Source: Obrimoposthia wandeli
Lineage: Eukaryota
Direction: 5' to 3'
NCBI GenBank assembly: GCA_977020255.1
Contig: CDROCS010005398.1
Location: 1 to 64,000 of the forward strand
DNA length: 64,000 bases
A program made the position numbers and the translations under genes. The notes beneath the pieces were generated by a model, which worked only from the letters and a program-made list of their open reading frames with translations, ran no database searches and was not told the origin of the DNA. This document shows positions 19,765 through 30,157 of the stretch, piece after piece (the stretch's first letter is position 1; each line of letters begins with the position of its first letter).

Positions 19765-19818
19765 ACAAACTTTTACATCAACCCGTTTTGGTAAACGAAT
19801 CGATTTTAATATGGTGAC

Positions 19819-20200
19819 TGAAGTGGTCAACTAAATGGTAATATTTATATAAAAGCCAGTCTATATCTGCGTTTCCGCTCTTTTAATTTTGTTTTATCGG
19901 TATAACTGGTATCGAATTTTCCTGCCTAATCAGCTCTCTGATTGCCTCACTGTCATAGTCTTTTCAACTATAATGTAGTCACAATCGGATGATTTTTCGT
20001 TGTATTTCCTGTAACACTTTACCAATCGCTTCATGATTATCAGAAACTGTACCTGCGCAATGTTGATGAACTTTAACAATGCTACCGTCAATAAATTCCC
20101 ATTCAAGATCAGGCTCGCTTTTACATGATTTGAATAACCCTATCAATATGCCTTTTTTAGACCAAGTATTAAATCATCAGTATATGGAGCTCCAATCACA
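19819..20200 (-). mobile_element. Degenerate IS5-family (IS427-like) transposase remnant
   Basis: Manual translation: WSSIY**FNTWSKKG...PDLEWEFIDGSIVKVHQH.AG...AIGK / GNTTK / KDYDSEAIRELIR...IPVIP...GNADIDW.LYKY.HLV. Stops, frameshifts and an internal deletion; not in the ORF track. Confidence 0.75.
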
Positions 20201-20336
20201 AAAGATCAACACGCTCTAGTTAACAATTAAACTAAACCCTAAAGCAATTGTTAATGACATGATTACTTTAAGGTTAAGAAATAAATAAGCCTTTAACCGC
20301 TATTAAACATCAGCAAAAAATAACACCACAGAGAAA

Positions 20337-20376
20337 GCGATAAACGATCCGTTACAGGTAACGGATCGCTTATCGC
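20337..20376 (-). terminator. Near-perfect 40-bp palindrome downstream of the NSS transporter
   Basis: GCGATAAACGATCCGTTAC-ag-GTAACGGATCGCTTATCGC (19-bp arms, 1 mismatch). Confidence 0.65.
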
Positions 20377-20396
20377 AAGCTAATATTACAGATTGA

Positions 20397-21797
20397 TCAC
20401 ACTAGGGCATTGATGAATACAATTACGATAGCCAGCGGTGTGAGGTAACGCATAGTGAATTGCCATACCTTAAATAACAAGCCGCTACCCAGCCCCAATT
20501 CTTCTTGTGCTACTTTTGCGTTAATTACCCAAGCCGCAAAGATTGCGATTAATAAGCCACCTAAAGGCATTAACAGGTTAGCGGTCAAGAAGTCGATTAA
20601 CTCAAAGAAATTCTTACCGAAAATTTTGTGATCTTCCCATATATTGAAGGAAAAGACGACACCTACGCCCATTACCCACAAGACCAAACTAAAACATACA
20701 CAGGCTTTTAGACGAGAAAATTTATATTTTTCTGTCAACCAAGAAACCGAAGGCTCAATTAAAGATATCGAAGAGGTCAGCGCCGCAATCGACACCATGA
20801 TAAAGAACAATGTACCAAAAACAACACCAAGAGGCATCTGACCAAATGCAATTGGTAGCGTGATGAACATCAAACCTGGACCAGCACCGGGCTCTAAGCC
20901 ATAAGCGAATACAATCGGGAACATAGCCATACCAGCTAACAAGGCAACGCCAGTATCAAGTAACGCAATAACCATCGAAGTTTTTACAATCGAGGTATTT
21001 TTAGGCAGGTAAGAGCCATATGCCATGATCGCACCAGCGGCCAAACTCAGGGTAAAGAAAGCATGACCTAACGCAACCAAGACACTTTCGGTAGTCAGCT
21101 TGCTAAAATCTGGAGAAAATAAGAACTCAAGCCCTTCCATAAAATGGCCAGTACTCATCGCGTAGCCAACTACGATCAGGAGCAGTGCGAGCAGAGCTGG
21201 CATTAACAGATTAATCGCTTTTTCCAAACCAGCATTAAGGCCTCGTCCGACAATCAGCATGGTTAGTAGAATGACGACTGTACTCCACGAAAGTAGACCA
21301 ATTGGATCAGCCAGCATACCACCAAACATTGCACCAGCCTGATCGGCGGTGATATCAACAAAGGCACCGCTGCCAGATGTGAACACATAGGATAGCGCCC
21401 AGCCAGCAATAACGGTATAGAAGCTCAGGACCAAAAATCCGGTGATAACGCCCATCCAGCCAACACCTCTCCAAAGTTTACTCGCCTTAGCTTCGATGGC
21501 TAAATGTTCCATTGCATCAGCAGGGTTCTTTTGAGCACGACGACCGATCATTATTTCTGCCATCATAACCGGAATACCGATTAACAAGATGCAGCCCAAG
21601 TATACTAATACGAAAGCGCCACCACCATTTTCACCAGTGATGTAGGGGAACTTCCAGATATTACCCAGGCCGACGGCAGAGCCAGCAGCAGCGAGGATAA
21701 AAGCCATGCGGCTTGACCACTGAAGACGTTTTTTACCTGTTGTTGCAGCCGAACTGCCATCTGCTGATTCAGTGATGGTACCGGTTAGATCAGACAT
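20397..21797 (-). CDS. Sodium-dependent transporter, neurotransmitter:sodium symporter (NSS/SNF) family
   Basis: WSSRMAFILAAAGSAVGLGNIWKFPY, GGGAFVLVY, GHAFFTLS, GPGLMFITLP. Confidence 0.95.
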   Translation of the reverse strand: MSDLTGTITESADGSSAATTGKKRLQWSSRMAFILAAAGSAVGLGNIWKFPYITGENGGGAFVLVYLGCILLIGIPVMMAEIMIGRRAQKNPADAMEHLAIEAKASKLWRGVGWMGVITGFLVLSFYTVIAGWALSYVFTSGSGAFVDITADQAGAMFGGMLADPIGLLSWSTVVILLTMLIVGRGLNAGLEKAINLLMPALLALLLIVVGYAMSTGHFMEGLEFLFSPDFSKLTTESVLVALGHAFFTLSLAAGAIMAYGSYLPKNTSIVKTSMVIALLDTGVALLAGMAMFPIVFAYGLEPGAGPGLMFITLPIAFGQMPLGVVFGTLFFIMVSIAALTSSISLIEPSVSWLTEKYKFSRLKACVCFSLVLWVMGVGVVFSFNIWEDHKIFGKNFFELIDFLTANLLMPLGGLLIAIFAAWVINAKVAQEELGLGSGLLFKVWQFTMRYLTPLAIVIVFINALV

Positions 21798-21872
21798 AGA
21801 TTCTTCCTTGTTTCTTATTGTTTAGTATTGTTTTATTTAGAAAACGCAGGCGCTTTAAACTCGCCATATAAT

Positions 21873-23060
21873 TTATAAAACTTTGGCAATAGACTTCGCC
21901 AAGTAATCAACATTATGGGTAGAAATACCCGCGATACTTATGCGACTAGAGTCCACCATGTATATAGAGAATTCATCTTGCAACAATTGCACCTGCTGAG
22001 CTGTAATCCCTAAAAAAGAAAACATACCGGTTTGACGCGTAATAAAACTGAAATCGCGAGTAACACCGTTACTAATTAATTTATCCACTAAAAGTTGGCG
22101 ATTTTCGTTAATACGGTCACGCATTATTTTTAGCTCTTGATGCCATTGTGATGTCAATGCTTCAGAGCTTAAAATAGTTTCAACAATGGCAGCACCATGA
22201 GCAGGAGGCATTGAATACACACCTCGGATAACAGATAACAATACCGTCAACGCATTATCGACAATGAGAGGCGACTTCCCGACGAGGGAGCAACCTCCAA
22301 TACGCTCACGATATAAACCAAAGTTTTTTGAACATGAGCTACAAACGATCATTTCGTCTACGCTACTAGCCAATAGACGAAGTCCGTAAGCATCCTCATC
22401 CAGACCGGTTCCAAACCCTTGATAAGCCATGTCTACTAATGGCATAAAACCAACATCTCGGGCGACATCTGTTATTTTTTGCCACTGCTCATTCGTTAAA
22501 TCCATGCCACTTGGGTTGTGACAACAAGCATGCAGTAATACGACATCGTCTTTTGAAACTTCTTTAAGGGTTGCCAACATGCCATCAAAATCTAAGCAAT
22601 GATCTTCATAGTCATAGTAAGGATAAGTTTTTATGTTCAAACCCGCGGCCTCGAACAAAGCCATGTGGTTTGCCCAAGTAGGATTACTCACCCATATATT
22701 CGCTCCAGGTCTGCAAGAGTTGATAAATTCAGCGGCCACGCGTAATGCCCCCGTTCCCCCAGGGGTTGAAATGGTACGAACACGATCTTCAATTAAAACC
22801 TGATGAGCACCAAAGATTAACTTACTCATTTCATCATTAAATTGTGCCGAACCAGTCGGACCAATATATACCTTGGTATCTTCTGTATCTAAGCGATGCT
22901 TCTCTGCTTTTTTCACACAATTTAGGATCTCAGTGTGTCCTAATGCGTTCTTGTATACTCCAACGCCTAAATCGATTTTATGAGGGTTTTCATCTTGTTT
23001 ATACTTAACCAAGAGTCCTAAAATAGGATCTGCTGGCATAGCATCTAAGTGACTAAACAT
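21873..23060 (-). CDS. Aromatic amino acid/aspartate aminotransferase (TyrB/PhhC/AspC class I)
   Basis: DPILGL, KIDLGVGVYK, TPGGTGALR, HACCHNPSG, DMAYQGF, SCSKNFGLYRERIG. Confidence 0.93.
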   Translation of the reverse strand: MFSHLDAMPADPILGLLVKYKQDENPHKIDLGVGVYKNALGHTEILNCVKKAEKHRLDTEDTKVYIGPTGSAQFNDEMSKLIFGAHQVLIEDRVRTISTPGGTGALRVAAEFINSCRPGANIWVSNPTWANHMALFEAAGLNIKTYPYYDYEDHCLDFDGMLATLKEVSKDDVVLLHACCHNPSGMDLTNEQWQKITDVARDVGFMPLVDMAYQGFGTGLDEDAYGLRLLASSVDEMIVCSSCSKNFGLYRERIGGCSLVGKSPLIVDNALTVLLSVIRGVYSMPPAHGAAIVETILSSEALTSQWHQELKIMRDRINENRQLLVDKLISNGVTRDFSFITRQTGMFSFLGITAQQVQLLQDEFSIYMVDSSRISIAGISTHNVDYLAKSIAKVL

Positions 23061-23196
23061 AAATTTTTTACCTTATACTTATTGATAGATAATTGAACTA
23101 CTTTCAATTGTTTTAACATTAGGTGGATGAATTAACGTCCATAACCATTTTTCACAAAACGCCCTTGCCTTTAAGCAAGTCAAGCTACTTTACTGG

Positions 23197-24486
23197 CTAT
23201 CCCCAATGTTCAATAACATCGACAAACTTAGCCAAAAACATATTCGTTTGATGGGCATCAAGTGCGCGATGGTCAATACTTAATGACACATAACACTTAG
23301 GTTTAATCACCATCGTATCTACACCCGATATTTCTTCTACCGTCACTCGTTTTTCTAATTTCCCGATGCCGAGAATAGCCACTTCAGGCTGATTGATAAT
23401 AATAGGGGTCGCAAACAAACTACCGCTGACACCGTGATTCGAAATCGTAAAAGTACCGTTTTTCATATCACTCGGAATGAGCTTACCGTTGCGTGCTTTT
23501 TCTGTTTGAATATTAAGACATTGAGCAATAGAAAATAAATTCATCGTTTGTACCTGCTGCACTACAGGTACCACCACGCCTTTATCACCAAGTGCGGTGC
23601 CGACACCAATATTGATATCACTAAATAGCTCTAGGGCATCTTGATGGAAACGGGCGTTTACTTGTGGTACTTCTTGCACAGCTTTAACAACCGCAGCTAA
23701 GAAATAGGCGGTAAAGGTCAAATTAACACCGAGCTCAGCAAACTCTTTTTTATGCCATTTTCTATGTTCTATAATGTTGCTCATATCCATTTCAAAAACA
23801 CTGGTAACATGAGGTGAGGTTTTCAACAAACTGTCAACCATATGCGAGGCAATGGCTTTACGTATTTTAGTGTGCGGTACCATGGTGCCCGCTAACGCTC
23901 GTGCAACAGGAAGCGAACTTGAAAGTGGAGCTCTTGAAAGTGAATCTTTTGAATGTGGAGCAATATCAGCAGTGGCCGGACTTATCTGATCGTTCGCCCT
24001 CGTTGAAAATTCGGCTAAATAAGCGTTAACATCATCTCGTGTTACTCGACCGCGTCGGCCTGTACCACAAATGCTATCAATGTTTACATCATGAGCACTT
24101 AATAAACGACGTACAGCCGGCCCCACTAAATGATGGGCAGAGCCTGCTTGTGGGCTACTTGCATTTTGCGATAAAGTCGAAGATTGACTATCTGTATTAG
24201 CGTATTCTTTTAAGCCTTTTTCTGGCATTGCCGTCGCATTTACATTTGATGTATCAAGCAAGCCTAACACTACATCAACTTCAATTTCGTCACCTTCATT
24301 AGCAATTATTTTGCTTAGGCTACCTGCTCGTTCGGCACAAATTTCCATAGAAACTTTGTCGGTTTCCAACTCAATAATTGGCTCACCTTCAAGTACTTGC
24401 TGGCCAATTTTCACTAACCACTTTGATAACGTGGCAGAGGTTCCTTCAAGTTGTTCAGCTGGTAAAATAATATCCATTGTATTCAT
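23197..24486 (-). CDS. 2-oxoacid dehydrogenase E2 dihydrolipoamide acyltransferase
   Basis: Lipoyl domain ETDKV, E3-binding PAVRRL...GTGRRGRVT, catalytic DHRALD. Confidence 0.93.
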   Translation of the reverse strand: MNTMDIILPAEQLEGTSATLSKWLVKIGQQVLEGEPIIELETDKVSMEICAERAGSLSKIIANEGDEIEVDVVLGLLDTSNVNATAMPEKGLKEYANTDSQSSTLSQNASSPQAGSAHHLVGPAVRRLLSAHDVNIDSICGTGRRGRVTRDDVNAYLAEFSTRANDQISPATADIAPHSKDSLSRAPLSSSLPVARALAGTMVPHTKIRKAIASHMVDSLLKTSPHVTSVFEMDMSNIIEHRKWHKKEFAELGVNLTFTAYFLAAVVKAVQEVPQVNARFHQDALELFSDINIGVGTALGDKGVVVPVVQQVQTMNLFSIAQCLNIQTEKARNGKLIPSDMKNGTFTISNHGVSGSLFATPIIINQPEVAILGIGKLEKRVTVEEISGVDTMVIKPKCYVSLSIDHRALDAHQTNMFLAKFVDVIEHWG

Positions 24487-24497
24487 ATTACTTCCCC

Positions 24498-26651
24498 TTA
24501 AATTTCGACGCAGTCGATGATGGTAGACTTTATACGTGCGACAGTCGGTACGGCGGCATTTAATAAATGAATATTATGGGGGCTTGGCGTATCAGGCATG
24601 GTTAATCGCTCTATTGGCGCATCTAAATCAAAAAATGCTTCCTTGGCTAATACCGCCGCGATTTCAGCACCAAAACCAGCAGTCAGGTTATCTTCATGAA
24701 CAATTATACAACGGCCTGTTTTTTTAACGGACGCTAATATAGTCTCTTTATCCCATGGTTGAATCGTACGTAAATCAATAACTTCAATTGCTAAACCTTG
24801 TTCATTTACAAGTTCGGAGGCTGCTATTTCACAACGTTCAACCATCGCCCCCCAAGTAACAACCGTGACTTTGTCACCTGCCATTAAGATATTGGCTTTT
24901 CCAAATGGAATAACATAATCATCACCAGGGTAAGGTCGGCGTGCCCAACGGTTATCCAGTAACGTTCTATGTTCAAAGAAAATAGTTGGGTTGTTATCGC
25001 GTAAAGCATAACGAAGTAATCCGGCAGCATCTTCAGCATTTGACGGCATAACAACTTGCCAACCCGTTTTGTGTGCCCATTCAACTTCATCACACATTGA
25101 ATGCCAAGGATCACCACGACCAGCAAAACCACCAGGAATACGTATAACCATAGGCGCAGCAAACTGATTATTAGTGCGCCAGCGCATGATGCCCGTATCG
25201 ACAATTTGTTCGGCGGCAGGTTCTGCATATTTTCTGAATTGAATTTCAGGTACCGGCATTAAACCAGAAAGCGCCATACCCACTGCACGGCCAATGATGC
25301 CTTCTTCAGAAAGGCTGGTATCGAATACACGATGGTCACCATATTTTTCATTCAAGCCAATTGTTGCGCCATGAACACCACCTTTAGGACCAACATCTTC
25401 ACCAAATACGAGTACCTTCGGGTTAGTGTTAAGTTCATGGTCTAAAACTTTACGAATAGCTGTTTGCATATTTAGGCGTTGACCTTCAGGTTTTGCTATT
25501 TCGCTCACTTCAGGAAATTGATAATTATCGCCGTGTAAACCGCCACGAAGTTGTACTTCTGGTACGCCGTTTTGATCTTTTTCGGCATAAACATAACGGG
25601 TTAAATTGTCAACATTTGGTTCTGGACGTTGCTTGCCTCTTTTAGCACTTTGACGAATATCGTCATAAGCTTTTTCTTCCAAAGCTTGCCATTCACTTTC
25701 ACTGATAATTTGTTCTTTAGCCAAATGTGCTTTTAGTTTTGGTAAAGGATCGTTAGCTTGTTCTTGTGCAACCATCGCTTCAGGCTTATAAGTTTGCGTA
25801 TCCTGGAAAGTATGCCCACATAAACGAGGTACTTTTAATCGTAATAAACAGGTGCCCTTGCCGCTACGAACATAATCAACCGCTTCTTGCACTAATTTTG
25901 GGGTTAGTACAGGATCGGTTCCGTCACCATCAATTATTTTTAAATTTTTATAGGCTGACAAGTTAGCAACCTGATCACCACCCGGTGTTTGTACTGTTTG
26001 TGGCACTGAAATACCGTAGCCATTATCTTCAATATAAAACAAATGAGGTAAGTTATTGGTGGTTGAGATATTTAACGATGCCCAAAAACCACTTGTTGAC
26101 ATAGAAGAGTCGCCCCCCATAGATAAACCTAGCGCACCTCGATAAGATTCATCTTTAAGTTCATCGCGATGATAAATAATAGATTGAGCCCAGCCTGCAA
26201 TAGGAGAATATTGCGCGCCAACACCGCCACACATAGGAAATAACATCGCGCCAGTTCGTTCAACATTAGGGTAGTTACAGACCACACCAATATCACGACC
26301 GTCACTATAACCACCTGATTTTGCCATCGGAGAAGCAACCGCTTCATCAATATCTAAACCAAGGGATAATACGAATGGGCGAGAACGATAATAACCGGTA
26401 GCGCCATCATGAGGATGTGTTAATTGAATCCCCAGTAATATCTGAGCAAAATCATGACCGCGGGCTGAAAACTGATTAAATACCAACTTCTCAGGTACTA
26501 ATTCTTTTTCTTCAATATCATCCATAGCACGGGATAGTAGTAGTAAATAACTTATTTTATGCCAGTCAAGAATTGGTCGTTCACTGATACGAGGAATACT
26601 AATAGTGTCTCTATCGGTGAACTGACTGCTGTACATTTCAGCTATATTCAT
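24498..26651 (-). CDS. Fused E1 alpha/beta 2-oxoacid dehydrogenase (BCKDH-like, TPP-dependent)
   Basis: Alpha part RLCGH..QD...Y and a TPP-motif variant GDSS...EDNGYGIS; beta part GEDVGPKGGV, FDTSLSEEGIIG, EIQF, GDPWHS, EVIDLRTIQPWD. Confidence 0.9.
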   Translation of the reverse strand: MNIAEMYSSQFTDRDTISIPRISERPILDWHKISYLLLLSRAMDDIEEKELVPEKLVFNQFSARGHDFAQILLGIQLTHPHDGATGYYRSRPFVLSLGLDIDEAVASPMAKSGGYSDGRDIGVVCNYPNVERTGAMLFPMCGGVGAQYSPIAGWAQSIIYHRDELKDESYRGALGLSMGGDSSMSTSGFWASLNISTTNNLPHLFYIEDNGYGISVPQTVQTPGGDQVANLSAYKNLKIIDGDGTDPVLTPKLVQEAVDYVRSGKGTCLLRLKVPRLCGHTFQDTQTYKPEAMVAQEQANDPLPKLKAHLAKEQIISESEWQALEEKAYDDIRQSAKRGKQRPEPNVDNLTRYVYAEKDQNGVPEVQLRGGLHGDNYQFPEVSEIAKPEGQRLNMQTAIRKVLDHELNTNPKVLVFGEDVGPKGGVHGATIGLNEKYGDHRVFDTSLSEEGIIGRAVGMALSGLMPVPEIQFRKYAEPAAEQIVDTGIMRWRTNNQFAAPMVIRIPGGFAGRGDPWHSMCDEVEWAHKTGWQVVMPSNAEDAAGLLRYALRDNNPTIFFEHRTLLDNRWARRPYPGDDYVIPFGKANILMAGDKVTVVTWGAMVERCEIAASELVNEQGLAIEVIDLRTIQPWDKETILASVKKTGRCIIVHEDNLTAGFGAEIAAVLAKEAFFDLDAPIERLTMPDTPSPHNIHLLNAAVPTVARIKSTIIDCVEI

Positions 26652-26819
26652 TGTTTCATTCCTTGGAAATTTTTGGACGCTATCCCACTCTTAACCTATA
26701 CATGATCGAATCAAGCTCTAAGCGACTGTGGATGATAAATTCTGAACCATAACGCCAACACGACAGACTGTCGCGTTAACAGCAAGTTACATTAGATTTA
26801 ACAGCTGCGCAACAAAGTA

Positions 26820-26833
26820 GTTGCACTTACAAC
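26820..26833. promoter_or_regulatory. Candidate MarR operator
   Basis: GTTGCACTTACAAC imperfect palindrome between the divergent E1 operon and marR. Confidence 0.35.
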
Positions 26834-27023
26834 AAACTATGTGATCCATAACTAAAGTAGCTTCATTTACAGTGAATTAATTAAATCATTACTTACGCCC
26901 GCCCGTACAGGATTACAATTAGCAAGGCATCACTCACGTAAATTTAAAATTGATCTTTCATTGCTATATAAAGAGCGTTATTATGCTGTTGAAATCCGAT
27001 AATCGCATAAATGAAACCAGCCT

Positions 27024-27575
27024 ATGTCAGATAAACCAATAGTGACAATAAAAAGTAAAAACCTTAATAAGCAAGCTAAATCACCTGAAGGAAAAGTTAC
27101 TTCAAACTTAGATTTACAAACATTTTTACCTTATAGAATGTATTGTTTAGCTGCGCAAATGTCTCACGCTGGCAATGACTTACCTGAATTATTAAATGAT
27201 ACTGGTTTCACCATTGGAGAAAGAGAGTGGCGTGTTGTTTCAATTTTGGGAGCGTACGGCGGATTAACCAATGGATATGTTGCTAACGCACTGAAAACCG
27301 ATGCTGCCACCGTTTCTCGTGCAGTGAAGGTATTAAAAAGCGCAAACTTAATAGATACATTAAATTCAAAAAAAGATAGGCGCAAAGTGTTAATTTATTT
27401 AACAGAATCGGGTGCTAGACTTTATGATAAAGTAACCCCTAAGCGTATTGAAACCGGACAAATGATCGACAGCGGCTTCACACATGAAGAACTATCTACT
27501 TTGCATCACCTATTAAATAAACTTGATCGTCATTTGCAACATATGGAAAATGAATACGAAGATGAATGGGAGTAA
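27024..27575 (+). CDS. MarR-family transcriptional regulator
   Basis: FLPYR, EWRVV, ATVSRAVK.L, DRRK..IYLTESG winged helix. Confidence 0.92.
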   Translation: MSDKPIVTIKSKNLNKQAKSPEGKVTSNLDLQTFLPYRMYCLAAQMSHAGNDLPELLNDTGFTIGEREWRVVSILGAYGGLTNGYVANALKTDAATVSRAVKVLKSANLIDTLNSKKDRRKVLIYLTESGARLYDKVTPKRIETGQMIDSGFTHEELSTLHHLLNKLDRHLQHMENEYEDEWE

Positions 27576-27857
27576 TGAGAAGACATTCTATTTACTGACA
27601 ATATAATTCATCTCTCTTTTAATCTCCCTTATAACAATCTCGCTAAATATAATCTCCGATTGAATTATACTGATAATAAGATATATCATATAACCAGGTA
27701 TAGAGTCACTTAATGGCATAAGTTTTTGAAAGCCATGGTTTACCCGAGTTTGATGGTATGGATAAAGCAGTATTAAGTATCAATGTATTAAAACGCAACC
27801 GGTAATAAGACAAAAGATGACACCAACCTACAGAGAGTTGGTGGTTCACCTATCTAT

Positions 27858-27892
27858 TCAACACTGTCGCTCAAGTTGAGCGACAGTGTTGA
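27858..27892. repeat. Perfect 35-bp palindrome within a multi-hairpin intergenic stretch
   Basis: TCAACACTGTCGCTCAA-g-TTGAGCGACAGTGTTGA; flanked by hairpins CACCAAC/GTTGGTG and TCCACTTT/AAAGTGGA. Confidence 0.85.
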
Positions 27893-27972
27893 CACAAGGC
27901 ATCACGACAGTAACCTCCACTTTGCTCGACTGGCTCACCCCAAACTGCCTTCGCTAAAGTGGACATTAACAG

Positions 27973-30090
27973 TTATTGCTCAGCTAACCTCTGACCATTC
28001 TCAAGCAAACGTATCAATAAAGGCGCTGGAGACCAATAGCGACTGCCAAATTGCTGTTCAAATTGCTTTATCGTTGCTACGACAGTATCTAAACCAAGTT
28101 CATCTGCGTAACACATAGGTCCGCCTAAATAGCGAGGGAATCCATAACCATTTAGCCATATGACATCAATATCGCTAGCACGACTTGCAATGCCCTCTTC
28201 TAAAATATGAGCACCTTCATTGATCAAAGCAAAAATTAGCCGTTGTTGAATTTCTTCATCACAAATATTATCGCGTTGGGTAACGCCTAGTGCTTGTGCT
28301 TCATTAGCAAAAATAGTCAGAACGCTATCATCTGCTATTTTAGCCCCACTTTCTTTATCATATAGATAAAAACCAGCCGCTGTTTTTTGCCCAAGACGCT
28401 CCGCTTCGACCATCAAATCAGCCGCTTTGAAATACGTAGGATCATCAGGTAAGTTACTATTTTCGCGTCGTGCTTTATAAGCAATATCAATGCCGGACAT
28501 ATCATTAACCGCCAGCGGTCCCATTGCCATGCCCCACTGCTGCAACGCGTTATCGATTTGGCTTGGCGTTGCGCCTTCTAGCAATAACATATTAGCTTCG
28601 CGGCCATAACAGGCGTACATTCGATTACCCACGAAGCCATAACATACGCTCACGGCAACGCTAATTTTGCCAATTTTCTTACCCAGTGCCATCGCTGTTT
28701 TAACACTTTGATCGTCAGTCGCATCAGCCCTGACCACTTCGAGCAGCTTCATGATATTGGCGGGACTAAAGAAATGCATCCCCATCACCTTATGCGGTCG
28801 CCTTGTCGCCTTCGCAATTTCATTAATATCCAAATAAGAGGTATTACTGGCTAATATCGCCTCAGGCTTACAGACCTTGTCTAAGGTGGAGAAAATTTGT
28901 TGTTTAACAGCCATAGTTTCAAATGCAGCTTCGACCACTAAATCTACATTCGCTAGATCTTGATAATCACAAGTGCCTTGAATCAATGCCATGCATCGCG
29001 TTAATTGCTCTTCACTCATGAGACCACGCTTTAACGCTTGTTCAAATCTAATTTTAATCGCGCTAATACCGCGTAATAGATTTTCTTCGCTCATTTCGAG
29101 TAACTTAACTTCGATACCTGCTTTGGCAAAACACATCGCGATGCCACCGCCCATGGTGCCTGCGCCAATAATAGCAACAGCATTAATATCCAGAACTGCC
29201 ACTTCATTGTCAACACTAACGGGTAGTTTGGCCGCGCTGCGTTCAGCAAAAAAGGCATGGCGCATCGCGCGAGATTGGGCCGAATTTCGACAATGAATAA
29301 ACATCTCGCGTTCCTTTGCCATTCCCAACGAAAAAGGTAAGCGTAGCGCATTTTCAATCGAGTCAATCGCATATTGCGGTGCCTGTTGTCCGCGAGCCTT
29401 CTTCGCGAGCTTCGCGCGCCATTGGGTAAATAACGACTCATGTTGATCGTTATGATCTATGGTTAGCTCAGACGTTGGTCGCGCAGTTTTTTCCTGAATT
29501 AACAATTCATTAGCAAAATCGATAGCGCGTTGTGTCAATTCATCTTCTACCAGTAAATCAATCACCGCTGTTTCAGCGAGTTCTTTGGCTAATTTAGGCT
29601 TGCCGGAGCAGATCATCTCTAGCGCTAATTCTCCTCCGCCAATCCGTGGTAATAATTGAGTGCCACCAGCGCCAGGGATAAGTCCAAGAGTAACTTCAGG
29701 TAAACCTAATTTGGTATTGGCCTGTGCCACTCGGTAATGGCACGAAAGAGCCACCTCAAAACCGCCACCTAACACAGTGCCAAATAAGGCTGCGACGACT
29801 GGTTTTGAGCACTGATCCAATTTTTGTAACACATCCGGAAGATGAGGCTCTAATGGTATTTTACCAAATTCTGAAATATCAGCACCGGCGATAAAGGTGC
29901 GTCCATCACATGTAACCACGATAGCGGCAATTGAATCATCAGCCACCGCTTTTTCAATGCAATCAACAAGCCCCTGCCGCACTGCAACAGACAGCGCATT
30001 AACGGGTGGATTATTAATACCAATAACGCCAATAGCGCCATGATTGGTGAGTGTGACGGGGCCATTTTCCTGATTTTTGAAACAAGACAT
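27973..30090 (-). CDS. Bifunctional enoyl-CoA hydratase / 3-hydroxyacyl-CoA dehydrogenase (FadB/PimF-like)
   Basis: NNPPVNAL, FIAGADI, GGGFEVAL, GLPEVTLG; then GAGTMGGGI, NTSYLD, GMHFFSPAN. Confidence 0.93.
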   Translation of the reverse strand: MSCFKNQENGPVTLTNHGAIGVIGINNPPVNALSVAVRQGLVDCIEKAVADDSIAAIVVTCDGRTFIAGADISEFGKIPLEPHLPDVLQKLDQCSKPVVAALFGTVLGGGFEVALSCHYRVAQANTKLGLPEVTLGLIPGAGGTQLLPRIGGGELALEMICSGKPKLAKELAETAVIDLLVEDELTQRAIDFANELLIQEKTARPTSELTIDHNDQHESLFTQWRAKLAKKARGQQAPQYAIDSIENALRLPFSLGMAKEREMFIHCRNSAQSRAMRHAFFAERSAAKLPVSVDNEVAVLDINAVAIIGAGTMGGGIAMCFAKAGIEVKLLEMSEENLLRGISAIKIRFEQALKRGLMSEEQLTRCMALIQGTCDYQDLANVDLVVEAAFETMAVKQQIFSTLDKVCKPEAILASNTSYLDINEIAKATRRPHKVMGMHFFSPANIMKLLEVVRADATDDQSVKTAMALGKKIGKISVAVSVCYGFVGNRMYACYGREANMLLLEGATPSQIDNALQQWGMAMGPLAVNDMSGIDIAYKARRENSNLPDDPTYFKAADLMVEAERLGQKTAAGFYLYDKESGAKIADDSVLTIFANEAQALGVTQRDNICDEEIQQRLIFALINEGAHILEEGIASRASDIDVIWLNGYGFPRYLGGPMCYADELGLDTVVATIKQFEQQFGSRYWSPAPLLIRLLENGQRLAEQ

Positions 30091-30157
30091 ATTATTTTAT
30101 CCTAGAAAAGAAATTACTTAGACAATGCCATTTAATGATTAAAATACATTGCGGCAA

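Larger units (their letters stand above)
19388..19818 (-). repeat. tRNA-operon repeat copy 1 (terminator-Pro-Leu-His plus 12-nt match to the tRNA-Arg 3' end)
   Basis: Aligns by eye with about 56581-57026 and, in part, with 41675-41861 plus 45372-45560. Confidence 0.92.
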
